Shown: in pieces, positions 25,009 to 39,481 of the stretch
Layout: each line of letters opens with the position of its first letter
Numbering within the stretch: the stretch's first letter is position 1
DNA from: Phoronis australis
Taxonomy: Eukaryota > Animalia > Phoronida
Direction of reading: 5' to 3'
Assembly (NCBI GenBank): GCA_002633005.1
Contig: NMRA01000797.1
Coordinates: 33,255-97,254, forward strand
DNA: 64,000 nt
Notes under the pieces: model-generated
What the model saw: the letters and a program-made list of their open reading frames with translations, nothing else
What the model was told of the DNA's origin: nothing
Database searches by the model: none
Made by a program: the position numbers and the translations under genes

Positions 25009-28000
25009 CACCTTTTGATTGAAAGGTTCATTGACTAAATGATGAAATTAGTTAAAAACTGTTAAAAATTCTTCAGCTTAGGGCACAAAAGGATGAGAGA
25101 TAATTTTTCCATTTTACGAATGTTTTTTACAAAAATGACATTTCGGGTAATTCTACTTGCCTGGTTTGTATGTTACAGTTGTAAACAAATGCAGTTGGTA
25201 AAATTTCAGGTACTACGAATATTCTCACATTTAGCACCCACATTTGATTTAGTGCAATTAACAACTGATATCAACTTATTCTCGACTAACGTGATGAACC
25301 ATTTCTGGGCCATAGAAGAACAGACACTTCCAATTTAGTGCGGCCTGATCCTCTGCTCGGCAAATAAAATCATGCAACATGAAAAGATAACCCAATCACA
25401 AGCAACAAGCTCTCTGTTTTTCCCGAACTCAGGAATAATATTTGTTTTTGAAAGTTAATTACATCTGCTTTTAAGTTACAGTTCAGTTAATTTCGTACGC
25501 CACTAATATTCTTATACATTCCACGACTGTTCCAGCAATATCAGGAAATCACTGCAAAAAGAGAGCGTTACATAAATTGTAAATGCACATTACTTTAAAT
25601 TACTATTCTTTTTTATGTTTCTCCCGTGTAAGTAGTAATTATTACACATCTTTTTAGTCTTTGATCTATTCTCTCTAACTGGTTGGAAGAGCAATTATAA
25701 AATTCTTGGTCATGCAAAGCACAGCTAGTTTAAAGTTATGCAGGACTATAACGGAAAGTCTGCACACTAAGCAAAGGATCTAGATAACCAGGTGACATAT
25801 TTAAAAAAACATTGTTACAGTATTCCAAAATATTGTTACGTTTTACCCAACTTAAGAGATTTTTTTATGAAAATCATAAGTCTCACTTTTGATAGCCAGT
25901 CATGCAAAAGTGGAACATTTTAAAAACAATTCCAAACAGCTTTTTTCAGAACAGTGCATAAAGCATAATACTTCCGAAAAGTTTCATATAAATCCGATAG
26001 CCATTTCTGAGATATGATGTTCCGAAGTTAGCCAAATTCGGAATTTTTACAAGATCCTGTCGTGACCCTTGGTTCCGCGTAAATTAAGATAATAAGCGGG
26101 ATATTCCACTAAGCCGGATATTTCATTTAGCATTTCGACTTGGGACTTGGCAGTAATCGTAACAACTAGCTCAAAGGGAAACAGGAAACATTCAGTTTCA
26201 CCTCCGGCACAAAGATCTAGTAATTAAGAGCAATTGAATTTAAGATAAATGTGGATTCTATTATAGTGGAAACAATTCATTTGTAACACAACAAATACAG
26301 AAACCAAAGTTCTTGTCACTCTTTTAATTCAAGAAGAATTAAACATTTAAAGACATCCAAATGTGAAATGAAACTGTTCAATGAAACAGATTTTTATATG
26401 GCAATCCAGTTAAATCATATATTACCCTATCATACTTGATTCCGTTACACACCCACACAGTGGGATGGGTGTCCAGATTTCACTGAACTAGTTGGGATAC
26501 AGAAGTTTCCTTATCAGTTTGACAGTGATAGCAAGGGGAGACAGTTGGCAAACCAGTGTTTACATATTCCAGCTCTCTGGTTGTTTGCATTTATCTGATG
26601 AGCTCAAGTAGGTACCATAATCCAGCAATTATGTGGTAAACAGAGAGCCTGATGCTAACCAATATTTAAAAATACTATTTCCAAACCACGTTGAATGAAT
26701 TTGTGACAGAGACGTGCTTTGTATGGAATACTATCGCCAAAAAACTTTGAATGTAGAAAAATGGTCGAGTTTCAGAGAAATTAGACTTAACTTTCACCTG
26801 CTGATTCTTTTTTGGGACCTGAGGTAGAAATTAGTAAGCTCTGACCCACTTAACTACCACAGCATTGTGTACCAACAAAATAGGCTTGTTCCTCAAGTTT
26901 AATGGAATGTGACACTAGATCAAACCCTGATGTTGGAAATGTCTTGGTCTTAACAGTCCAGGGGAATGGTATGTAATGCATTATTTTGCATATAGCTATT
27001 ACAATTATGGTTTGTACATCAAATATGGAGAAAAAGAAACATCTATGATTTCAACCCAAAAGAACTGTATAAAACAAAAAGTGTCAATAAGCTTTACTCC
27101 GTGACTTGATCTTTTGAGACCAACGCAAAATTATATTAATAAAACCACTAGCCAGTTGCCATAGAGTGAAACACGATGGCGCAAGACAATGGTCATATTA
27201 CATAAACAATGATAAAAAAATCAACTTCAATGTCAAATAACAACAATTTAAATCTCTCTGGAAGTCAAGGGATACCCTCAAAACTGATGTAAGCCTGGTT
27301 TTGGTAAAAAAAGTTTTGATTCAGGCAACAAAGTTACTTTTTAATGCTTACTATGACATTGTCAGTACAATAAACATACAGACCCAGTAACTGTCAAGAG
27401 GCTTGTATCTGGGCTAACAGCTTAAAATAACAAATAACAAAACAGGTCTTGGCTCTTGTTCCTTACTCCTGTTTTATGTGATTTATGGATGTAAACAGAA
27501 CAGACAGGTTTTATTTGCTCCAAACTGAGGCTCAACAAGTTGGCTTAACCATTTCATATGAAGTAGAATCTCCAGTCATTAATGCAGAACTGGCATCCCT
27601 TAGAAAACACTTTCCACTTGAGTGAACAATAGAATAGTTTTATAGCAGCAAGAGATCTAAATCAAAAAATGTTTGAGCCATATATGACATTAATGAGGGA
27701 TAGAGAACAACATTTTCACATTGGTACAAGCTCACTTTTCAACTTACTATTTGATGATGTTGAGAGCGAAACTACTAGCAGCAATCTTCAACCCCCTACG
27801 TCCCCTAAGTGAATATCTGTACTCCGCGAAAATGGCTATAATCGTGAACTAAAGTACTTACATTTTCATAAATAATGATTGCTTACCTTATACCAAATGC
27901 AAGTAACTCATTAAAACTGCGTTGTGAGACAATTGCATTCGGAGATTCAATCAACTGGGTAAAATGACAAGTTTCATTAGACAGTTCTGCATAATACATC

Positions 28001-30605
28001 CAAAAATTAAGTATTTGCAGCTCAGCAGAAGTGATAAGTCTGATAATTAAAGCAATAACAGAATACAATAGGGACACAATAAGGCTCATGAAATTTGCCA
28101 TCATGTTATTGGGTTGATAATCAATCTCATGTATTGCTTCTAGCTTGTGATGTAACAACTGTCCAAATCATTTCTAAAGAGTCTGCTATCATAAATTACA
28201 CACCTTCCCATTATGACTCAGTATACATAACTTTAAACTAATTGTGACTCTTTGTGCTGACAATATGGTATCATTCTATTGTGTTTGCATTGCTTTATAA
28301 AACATTTCGAAAGCTGAGACAATAATCCATAGGTATAGTTCTGCTACCTGTTAGGAACAAGTGACATATTGTCAGACTTTGATGCTGGCTGTGGTGACTA
28401 TGGGATTATTCCCAGGTTGCCAAACACAATCTGAAGTCACCTTGGCAAGCTGCAGGTTACCAAACTGAGCTGTGATGTCCATCCAAGTAACCAGCTTTCA
28501 TTGTAGTAAGAAGTCTTACTTAAACAACACCAGCAGCAATTAGCAATGCTTGATTGAGTTTCCAATAATAAAGTGAAATGTTTGGGCCAGGAGTGAACAA
28601 GTAAAGTAATGGAAATGATCCTATCTCATATGTAAGGCAAATCATCTGAAAGTACAGCAGTTGAGAATTATTCATTTTCATTAATTAAGCCACAACAGAG
28701 CTGAATTTGGCTGAAAATATTAGATTTCATATTCAAGGCAATTCAAAATAAATTTCCTAGGAAGCCCGGAAGTAGTTTTCAAAGACAACTTTGACATAGA
28801 AGTGTTGATGATCCACCTCGTGACAAAAGAGCCATTTTGTTTCTAATAGAACTAATTTCAATTCTTGCTAAATCGTAATAATTTACTTAGGATGTCCATT
28901 CTAGAATAAACAATTAGTGGCTCGACACAATAACCACACATTAAACTCTTGATTAAATGCTTGGCTATTTCATTGCGACAAAGGTTCGGTTCAACTGAAC
29001 TCGTCTGCCAAATATTTCTGGCAAGAATTCCTCCATATTTGACACAGTTGAGTCGATGTCGGTCTAGGTTATTTTGAAAAATACAATGTGCATCTCCTTC
29101 AATCATCAACATTGAAACATACCTTCATTGCAATAATTTGGGATAGTCAATTATTGTGAAGAATGCGTGGAAAAGAAGAGATGATGATAATTTTATAACT
29201 CAGGTATGTTCCACAACAGTTGTGACCGAAGAATATTTCAACAAATTTCTCAAAAAACTTGCTGGACAAAACTTCAAGTAAAACCAGCACAGGTGGGTAT
29301 TACTTTCATTTCCGACTGGGTTAATTATGTATCTTATACCCACCTTAAAATGCTCATGTGACATACCTTAAGAGAAAGAATTCAGTTGGTTAAAAATAAG
29401 GGGCTTTCAAACTGAAAAAAAAACCCGCAAATCTAAGCTCATATATGTACAAGACAAAAGCACCACCGTTTCCTCATTACAACAGCTAATTTTGTTAACA
29501 TCAAAAATGACTGGTAAGAACCATCAAAGTGGCAAAATTCTAATAACGAAAGGCTTCGACACCTTAATAATTTTCCTGGTTCCCCCTTTAATCTCGGTCA
29601 TGACCGAAGGTTACTCTTACAGTGAATTCTACATCCACCGAGCCGTCACGATGTGAAATTCCTGTGAGGTCATTTTGTTTCAACCCTTTTGGATATACCG
29701 TACATCGTTTCATAAAACGCTTGCAAAATTAATAACAAAATGTTCTGTTTCAAGTTTTAAGAGTGAAACTAACTCATTTATTACCAGAATTGTTTTAGTT
29801 TGAGTGAAAGTGAGCAGACATCAAAAGCCTCACCTGTATGATGGAGGAATAATACATTTGAAAACTTAACATCAATTGAATAGAAATGTAAGAATTGCAT
29901 GAAATATCCCATTACCAGTGCACACAAACGTGTTGAATGCGTGATTGGAACAAAAACACATTTAATAGCCCATTACCAATGTTTCACACAGTGAATTTAG
30001 GTCAGAAGTTAAAGTTTGAAGAAAATAATAGTCAGCTCAAATTAAAACCATTAAAGCATTAAACAAACGGCAAAACATTCCAAAAGTCAACAATTGTAAA
30101 ATTCACACAGCAATACAACAAGCATGGACTACTGTGAGCATCTTTAGTTATCAGTCACGTGCGCTGGAGGCAGGATTGGGGGGACTATTACTTTCTATAT
30201 TATTCATTCACAAACGTACGCACCACCTGACGTGTGACGTTTTGCAACAAAATTTGTGTGCCATTCAGTTATTCACTTTTCACATACCCAGAGAAACTGG
30301 GATGTCTTCATTCTACCCATATTATAATAGCCTTCTAATGTCCATGCAGCAACCTTATGATTGTATACTCTTGACATCTAGGACACTAGAACAGTATTTC
30401 AAATTTCGCTAATTTTGGAAGAAATTCTACATGTAGGATACAGCTGATGGAATTCAAGAGAAACTCACTGTCAAAAATGCAGTAGGAATATGAAAACAAA
30501 ATGGTGAGAAATTCTAAACCCCATAAAACTCAGTTCCGGAAAAGGGCATGACTAATTAATTAAATTACGGGAAACTGTAGTCAGTAACCGAAAAATATGT
30601 CTGGG

Positions 30606-31074
30606 CAGGCTTTCATGCAGAGTATGTCCTGGCACTAATATGGACGCCCTGGCAAGGATGCCCAATGTATCATTTGAATGCCCACTATCAATAGGAACCT
30701 TTCAAGTTTGGACACACACATTGTAATGATTACTAGGAAGCCTAGTATGAAGACTCACAGTGGTGGCTCTTTTTTCAAAGCAGGAAAAAATATATGGCAA
30801 TGTATATACAAAGTATATACAATGTTGCTACACTTGGTTGGTTGATTGTAAAGTCTTGGTCTACACAGTTTTTTCAGCAATAATGCTCACTACAGAAGGA
30901 TGTTTTTTAAACTTAGATGTAAAAACCGTGGTCTATGCATTTTCTTGTAAAAAATCTGTGTGTTTGGGGGAGGGTTGCAGGGGATGGGGGTTACACATCG
31001 GAATCACGGACGCCCTGGAATATTGGGAACCCCATTTTGGACACCCTATTTTCGAAATCCTGGATAAAGGCCTG
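30606..31074 (+). mobile_element. hAT-type MITE copy 2
   Basis: TIR CAGGC.TT/AAAGGCCTG; perfect 8-bp TSD TGTCTGGG. Confidence 0.9.
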
Positions 31075-33411
31075 TGTCTGGGATAATCAACCAACCATAT
31101 TTTTACTAAAAATGACATGAAAAAGGTTGCTTTCTGATTTAACATTATGCTCATTTCAGCATTGATTCAAACTTTTTTAAATTTCATGGAAAAACTCATA
31201 AGTTGCACAAAACAAGAACCAAAGGGTTGTTCAGAAAAGATGACCATATCAGAATTTTCAATATTTCTTCTTGAACATCTAAATGAAACAATCATTTTTT
31301 GCAAAATTTTAGTAAAAAGACATGGTAACGTCATTGATAAATGACGGATTGATATCAAGTCAAAAATCAAATTCTATAGAGTTTCTACTTACAGAAATTA
31401 GGCTTCTCCGACAACTTAATTCTAGTTTAATTGTAGATATTTTCCTAAATGCACAAATTTGTCGAAAAATCCCATATAGCTTTACTCATAAACTGTTTTT
31501 CGTTTAGTAAAAAGGAAAGATCATTCCACGTAATGACAAACATTCAACGTAAGTTGCAAGTAAAACAAACACTTTTATCTATCAAACATTCACTTGAAAG
31601 ATTCTGACAATAATTTATCTCCACATGCCTAAAATGACTTTGCAAAAAAACAAAGCACCTAAAGAAACTAATAGCAGAATGATACTGCCTTAAAGATTTT
31701 GTAATCGTTCAAGTACCTTTACTAATACAACTGAAGAATGCAAAAGATCTATAAAATATGCAACTTAAGGGCCTTTCATACTAACGTCAATGCGTCGATG
31801 GTTTGGGGAGTTGCGGTCAGTATGAACGGTCCAGCTAACTGCGCTGTTTACATCGACGCTCCCCTCAGACCTGAGTTTAGTCAATATGAAAGGGCCTTTA
31901 AAGCATAACCAATTACTATGAGAAATCTTCTGAAGTGGGCCTCTTTGAAGAACTGAAGGGCGTTATGTAAGATTGGAAATCAAGCTTAAGTGACTAATCA
32001 AAGTCATGACCTATGGGAAAATTCAAGGCAAAATAACTCATTAAGCTAATTAGTTGTTGTGTAGACATTGGCAAAATTTTTAGCCACTTAGGCTATGCAA
32101 AGAGGGAATGGAACATACTTTGTAAAAACGAGTTTTGATAATTTAAAAAGAATTTTATTTGCTTCCCACTCACAGCCTCAACGTAACCATGTAATTGACT
32201 CCGGCAATCTGGCAATTCTTTACACTGTGAATACTTAGCAAACATAAATAATGGGTTCTAACAACATTTACTTTGAAAATTAGAAAAAAGAAGCCAGACA
32301 TGAAAACAATGACGTGCAATTTGAGCTATACTTGGATTTTTACCCAGGGACTCTAATGCTTGCTTTTCAATGCATTGTAATAATAAACACAAGTGTCCAC
32401 CTCCACAATCACCATTAAATCCCAGTTCACATTGTTTCCTATAAATTCATAGTACTTAAAAATTAGCAATTTATCATTTCTTTTTCCTATTTCATTAAAA
32501 CCAGGGCCATGGCCCCAAGAGTGTAATTGGTAACAAGTTGACTCAATAACGACTGATTCAGTAAAAGATTTTCGATGCGTAATTTCTAATCTCTAGCTAA
32601 TTGGTTACAGTCATAGTTTTTGGGAGCTGATCTGACTCTGGAGTTGACAGCATTTTTCATTCTTGTGTTCTCATGAGGAACTAGGGTCAGGCGGAAATTC
32701 ATCATTCTAGATCGAAGTTAACAGCTCCAGTTCACTTCGCAGGTAAACAGGTGGATTTAACAACGCAGCGTTGTTGTTGCAGTGCATTATGAACGGTCAA
32801 TTCCGGTTTCAACGAAGTTACTGCCCGAGGCCACTGTTATCCTCAAGAATTAAAGGACAAAGTTGTCGCTAATGGTTTCTTAGGTTTTACTAAAATAATC
32901 ACCAATCGAATTAGAAATAACTTTGATATCAAATAGCACACTTGTTCTAAAATTGTCACATCAAAAAAAAATTGTGCATGGGTCATCAACACATAACTTT
33001 ATGGGATTACTGGGATGATGACTAGGTCACCTACTGTTTACTTCAATGCCCTTAACTACAGAAGCTGGTACCAACAATTCAATTAACTTTGTAGTTTACA
33101 TTGATGCTAAGCTCATCCTAGAGTTAAGTTAGTGTGAAGGGACCTGCAGAACAAAAGGAACTGGTTTCCTTGAGGGAACACAATAGTTCAGTGGTGCAGC
33201 ATCACCAGCATGCCTCATGTAATTATTGTCCAATTATGTCCTAAACTATGTGGTTGTCCACTGCCAAGAAAAAACCTCACTATATAAAACAGTCCTCTAC
33301 ATAGCCTGCCCTAGAACACCTTAATGCACGAATGCAACTTAACCCACTTTTAAAAGGAGCGTCCACACAAACACCTATCTGATACCTAGGGTAAGACAGA
33401 AGTTGCCGCTC

Positions 33412-33525
33412 CGTGCATGAAAATGAACACCTAATGCGAATAATTGGGCCGCAAAAGAAGACCAGTGTGCATGACAATGAACACCTGATGCGAATAATTG
33501 GGCCGCAAAAGAAGACCAGTGTGTA
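33412..33525. repeat. Tandem duplication of ~54 bp
   Basis: gtgcatga.aatgaacacct.atgcgaataattgggccgcaaaagaagaccagt x2. Confidence 0.85.
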
Positions 33526-36500
33526 TGTAACCGGAGCTGATAATTACTTCCACCTTGCACCAAGTTAGCGGCCACACACGAATAAGAAGTAACGTAACAA
33601 GTTACCCTACCTCAACAAGGTGGAGTAAGCTGTCACAAGTGGGAAATGTTGCATTAGTTTAAATAGCGTCCATACAGCCATTAAACCTAGCGACAACTCG
33701 TGGCAGGAGTAACTTGTTCTAGAGTAAGTCTGTGTGTGGATGGCACTTGGGAAATGTTGTACTTTATGCAACTAAATCACTTGAGAAAATTAAGTATTCT
33801 TATGGATTTCAAAGGTTATGGCGCTGTTACTCAAACCGAATTCCCATTAGGCATACAGCAGCTCTGAATGTTCCCTCAGTCCTTTCATTGACCGAGCCGC
33901 CATAATATTGCAATGACGACATGTACATATGATAGAAAGATGCCGGGAGAACAAAAACAGAGCATAACTTTGATCCTGAGAGAGTTATGTGTCTGCATGA
34001 ATATGACTTTTTAGAATGAATGCTATGAGTTGCCTAATGCAACTGTGTTCACAAACACAGCAAGTTGTGAAAAGAGAAAAAGTGGAAAACATCAAGTCTT
34101 CAAAATCTGGCGGGTTGTAGCTTAATTATTTGGTGAAAACTTGTTTTTGGGATTGTCTAAGCCATGTTCATCATTTCAACATTCACTCCCAATGTCATTA
34201 CCCAATTCGTTGTGCATATTCGACTACTTAATTTAATTATCACTACAATATTTAAATTGTGTAATTAATTTGATGTGCCTCGAGTCAAATTAGGAGACTG
34301 TCAGCAGAAGTGAGTACCGTGTTCATTGTTATACATGCCACGCCAAGGGAAAATTCGAGTGACAGCAGTGTAACCTTTGAACTTTGATAAGTATACAAAT
34401 TTCCACATTGCGAAGGTGGGTTGGGAAGTTGTTTATTTCCTACCATAAACAGGTAAGATGTTGATTTTAAAGCAAACTAAAAATGAAGATAAAATATTCA
34501 TCCACACACGCCAGTCAGGTGTTGCAAAAACTTACAAATTTAGAACTGGTTCCTCCATGCCCTTAACAGTGCTGCAACATTAACTGGCAGTCTGACTGTA
34601 CAGGGGGAATTGAAACTTTCACTTCTGTTACACATTCAACTGGGTGTTGGTACAAAATTGCCCCAGAGTGTTCATAGCACTATTGTCTCATACCTGTATA
34701 GCATAGAGCCCGTAACTCATGAAACATCAACTGCTAGTGCAAACTACTCGCAACACAACCGATATTGTTGAAATTTGAAAAGCATGTGTGCAGATATTTG
34801 ATTTATTTCCTACACAGGTCAGTGCTTAGCGGAAAGAATGCTCCCGGCTGAGAATTGAAAAAATTTGTTTTTGTAAAGATCCTTTGCAGCAGAAACCAAT
34901 TAATCCAAATTTTTTCTTGTGCTCTGGGGAGACATGGGGCTTTCACTGAATTTTGTTTGTTTTGGGGTGTTGATAGTGGTACACACTTTTCAAAGCCTAT
35001 GCTGCCTTATTGTCAGATTTCCATAATGTATCTTCAATTAAAACTTGCGTTGAGCTGCTCCTTTTTAATCTAGAAAAAGGATTCAACATTAAAAAATATG
35101 CAGTAAAAAACACCAAATTCAATAGTCAGTAGCAAGGGTGGTTACAGAATTTTGGTCTGGCTATCAAGTAAAAATCATGTATTACTCCCACTTTGATTGC
35201 TCTATAGCTCATAGCACCAAAGTTAACATTGACAGTTAACTTTGCAGTAAACACTCAGGTGGATTTAACAGCAGAGCATCGATGCTGCCATGCGGTATGA
35301 ACCGTCAACTTCGGTCCCATCGAAGTTATCCCCATCGACCAGTGTTACCATCATCAACTAAAGGGCAGTGTCGTCGCAAGTTGTTGCTTATATTTGAACA
35401 ATCACCAATCGAATTAGAAATAAGTTTTTTGTCAATTAGCACACGTGTATGTTCTCAAATTGTCGCATTAAAAAATCTTAGCGTGCATGTGATGCAACAG
35501 CGCTATCTTGCGATAACTTCGATGACAACATCATCACCTACTGTTTACATATAGTGCAGTTGTCCAACCTTACCCACTAGAGGTCACTGCAAATTCAAAG
35601 TAATCTTAATTTTACACAATTTCATAATCAAAGGGGTTACTTTTGATGTTCAGAAGTGAAGGAGACAACGCCAAAAATTGACGACGTAAGTTTTTTTTAC
35701 TTCATCTTGGCACCCAAATATCAATTGTCCTTTATGATTCATTTTTAACTTGAACAATAGTCTAATATGACTGAATATTCGCCTTTCTTAGAATGTTTAT
35801 AATGTGTTATATAGTATGATTTTGTGGGCTGCCATTTTTAAATCAATCAATCAATCAATGAAAGAGTTTGTTACTTAAGAGCGTTTCATTAGGTTTTCTT
35901 AGCGGAACATATCTAACATGTGGTGACAAAAACATTACTGAATACAGCGTTTACCGCTGAGCCTGCAGCTAAAATAAAGGCAACTTAGTTGCGCTGTGCA
36001 GTGCTATTTTGGATAATCATAGATAGGTAATTTTTGTGTTACTTTAAATACGAGAAATCCGATGTATTCTTTTGTGCAACTTCTAAGTTCAGGGCTTGGA
36101 ATGACCCATGACAAAAAAGAGGAAATTTTTACGGTCCTAAATACACATTTCAATCTAAACCATACCTCAACAGATCGAAAGTAAACATTATTATCACAAG
36201 ACGCCCTGTAACTGTGTTGTGTTGGCAAAACGCACTCATCGTAAGCAGTACCTGACATCTATTTCAGCAACAACAATGAAGGCAATTAGATGCAACAAAA
36301 GATATTTTATAAATTTAAATTAAAATAATAAAGATAATGATGCAAAATTTGCAGTGTGAGTGGCAGCAGCTTATTCTTGATTTGCTGCAGGGAGACCTAA
36401 AAAATTATTTTCAATTCTTATAATTACGATACAAAATTATAAAAAAAAATTGAAAATCGATCCATGGATTATCTAGAAAGCCTGAAATACATTACACATT

Positions 36501-38211
36501 TAATTCCAACAAAAGAATTTAATTGCAATGCAAATGGAAAAAAGTCAAGACGAAAACCTGTGGCTCATACCCCCAACTGTTAGCATGGAAAAATGAAAGT
36601 CAAAATTTTAACTATATAGAATGCATCAATCACAATCCTAAGTTGGCCAAACTTTTCAGTTTCAAACAGTAGTTACAGGAGTTAATTGTTCATAAGACAC
36701 GCTGGTGTAGAAGAAACTATGTGACAAAAAATAACTACAAGGACACAGAAAATAGGCGGGCAGAATTTGTAAACAATGGCTTAGACCAATCAGATCATTC
36801 AGAATCTGTCGCGTGATCACTTCCCTCGAACTGCAAAACCCGAGTCACAAAATAGAACACCAAAAACGTGAAAATAAATTGAATTACATAAAAGGCAATT
36901 TAGAACACATTTGCAGTAACGAAAATAGCACTCTGTATCCCGTTTCGGCGGCACGTAAAAAGTCGCACTCAGACAGTCAGGCCTAGCACTAGCCTCCAAG
37001 GGCAACGGGCGTGCATGTGGGATCAAACAAAAGAATTTCATACATCACTCACATCCTATGATTCCAATCCAACGAATAGCCCGTTATGGTTGAATTTCCT
37101 TTCAGGAAGCTTTGTTATTTCTAGTGTTCCATCATTTTCAGTCAGTTATTCGACTCCACTTAGTCCAAGACGGCTCGACCACGCACTCCGTAATTGTTCA
37201 GCTCTCGAAGTTTACAGAGCACAAACCTTGGTTTGTGAAGACATTGACCATTTCTTTTATCCACTTTTTCAACGACATATTCGGTCTACTCCACGCTCCA
37301 CACATTTTCACAGCAGAAATGCACTATTTGTCACTGCGATTTTATACCAAATGCAGACGCCATTGATGAACCACGCTATGCCAGGTACAGGCACTTGAAT
37401 TTATCTGTTCCTTGATTACCACTGACGTCACTCTCTACTAAGAGAACATGTTTCTTATATATGGTTACGAGTCATCGGGAAATTCGAGCGCCTGTGATCC
37501 GCAATTACAATTTTCAGTCGGCAACGCTGCGGTGAGAAACCAATTTGCCGCAATAACTTTATGGCAAATTTAATTTTTTCCGCAAAAAGATAACGAAAAT
37601 ACGCGGAGGGAATAAAAGAAAAAACCGGAAATCCGCATTTCCGTAGAAAATTCCAAGCCTTGTAAGTTGACCCCAACAGTATATTTAACTGGATGCACCA
37701 GAAATAAAATCTGAAACATTAAACCAAACCCATCAGAGCGTCCAATCAAAACAAGCCATGGAGAACAATGAGTGATAGCCTAATTTTATAATCAAATGTT
37801 GTTTTCGAATCCTATAGTCCGATGTAAAAATGCTCTTGTTGACCATATAGCCGCTGTGCAATTCGCGAGTGTCTCTGTGTGCGGGACACGAAATCGCAGA
37901 GGAGTATAACTACAAACCTCTTAGACGAACAACAGGTTGCACTGCTTTAGGTCACATTGAAAAGAACATGTCAAGAAAATGTGTCGGCGGATATTTTCGA
38001 TGATTTTATGACCAATCAAATCATTTTTAGACTCTGTTTGTACAAAACTCATCATCCAAGATTTGTGTAAGATGGTCAATGCCAAAAGCACCTACAATCT
38101 TCAGTCATGAAAATTCAATTTCTGTTTGAATGTCACTGACTCATATTTTAGAGACAGTCCCAAACTGGAGAATGTTAACTGTTAAAAGAATGTCAACGGA
38201 ATGTTAATGAT

Positions 38212-38990
38212 AAAAGCATGAAATAATTGAGACATCCAGTTGAGAAAACAGATAAAGTTTGAATCTAATACTAGAACACAAACTTACAAAAATTAACGAC
38301 GTTGCGTCACGTTCTTCAGCTTGGCTTGTGACGTAATCGTTATTCTGGCCAATTGGGTGGCATTCTGACCAGATGGCACGGCATTGATGTCAGAACTTCT
38401 CCCACACGTGTGACAAATCGAATCTTAAACCGCCTCTTTTATTTAAAAAGGGACTCTCAATGCACTCATGGAGAACTTCTGAACCAGTCTTCCTCACAGT
38501 CTAGGATAGTGACATCACCAGAATTGAAATCATGTCCAGTGGTGCACAGGGGGCTAAAAATAGCCGAATCATAAGTGTCCCCGTAACTAGAACGACGATG
38601 TTGTGTCATACGTATTTTTATGGACTGACAGTTACATACAAATTAGGTGAAACGAAACAGTCCATAAAAATGCGTGTCACAACATTGCTGGGGACACTTG
38701 ATGATGTCACTATCCTAGACTTTGAGGAAGACTGGTTCAGAAGGGGTGTAAAGGAAGCTCTCCATGAGCGCATTGAGAGTCCCTCTTTAAATAAAAGAGG
38801 CGGTTTAAGATACGATTTGTGACACATATGGGATAGAGTTCTGACATCAATGCAGTGCCGTCGGGTCAAAACACCACCAATTGGCCAGAATAACGATAAC
38901 GTCACAAGCCAAGCTGAAGTCCCTGAGATGCAGACGCAACATCGCTAATTTTTGTAAGTTGTTATTCCAATATTAGACTCAAACTTTATC
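38212..38990. mobile_element. Fold-back Penelope-like element
   Basis: ~280-bp inverted arms; LGETKQ...DDVTILDFEEDWFRRGVKEALHERIESPSLNKRGG; 14-bp TSD ggaatgttaatgat/ggaatgataatgat. Confidence 0.85.
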
Positions 38991-39100
38991 GGAATGATAA
39001 TGATTTCGATGTGCTTAGACAGCCAACCTTCAATTGTCAAAGAGAACTCAAAATACAAGAAATTGATATGTCTTTTGTATTTTCAGGACGGATACTATCG

Positions 39101-39481
39101 ATGGGGATTCAAGGCGTAATTTTCTGCCTAGCTGTGGCTTCTGTTACATCCCTGCCGCTGCAACAATCAATCGAAGAACTCTCAGATTATATACACGCCA
39201 CTGAAGGCCAAGACAGTGAACGTTTACAGTACAGCATCGATTCAGACATTCTCCGAGAGTTGATCGAATTCAGGACAAGAGCTGAAAAACTGAACCAACT
39301 AAACGCAGCTTTATATCGGGCACGTGAACTTTTAAAAGAAATCAACAAGTATACTGAGCGTGACAGGCCATCAAATTTTCTTATAAAATACGAACGCAGG
39401 TCGTTACCAAACGGTTTTAAGACTTTGTCAAGTAACGGTGGCACACGCTCGTACGGTGCAAAAGTGCATCGATACGGGTGA
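39101..39481 (+). CDS. Nested secreted neuropeptide-precursor-like protein (126 aa; CRH/DH44-like helix plus C-terminal RY-amide peptide)
   Basis: Acceptor tcttttgtattttcAG at 39086; signal peptide MGIQGVIFCLAVASVTS^LP; acidic spacer; SIDSDILRELIEFRTRAEKLNQL...RELLKEI; ERR dibasic site; ends HRYG*; AATAAA at 39657. Confidence 0.8.
   Translation: MGIQGVIFCLAVASVTSLPLQQSIEELSDYIHATEGQDSERLQYSIDSDILRELIEFRTRAEKLNQLNAALYRARELLKEINKYTERDRPSNFLIKYERRSLPNGFKTLSSNGGTRSYGAKVHRYG

Noticed and set aside
27883-28158. 91-aa hydrophobic minus ORF ending at a GTAAGC donor
   Set aside because: No clear acceptor, no phase-compatible partner exon, no recognisable homology; AT-rich ORFs are often hydrophobic
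39401-39420. SLPNGF as a neuropeptide-S/NG-peptide motif (SFRNG)
   Set aside because: Only S-x-x-N-G matches, no neurophysin domain, and the amidation site is far downstream
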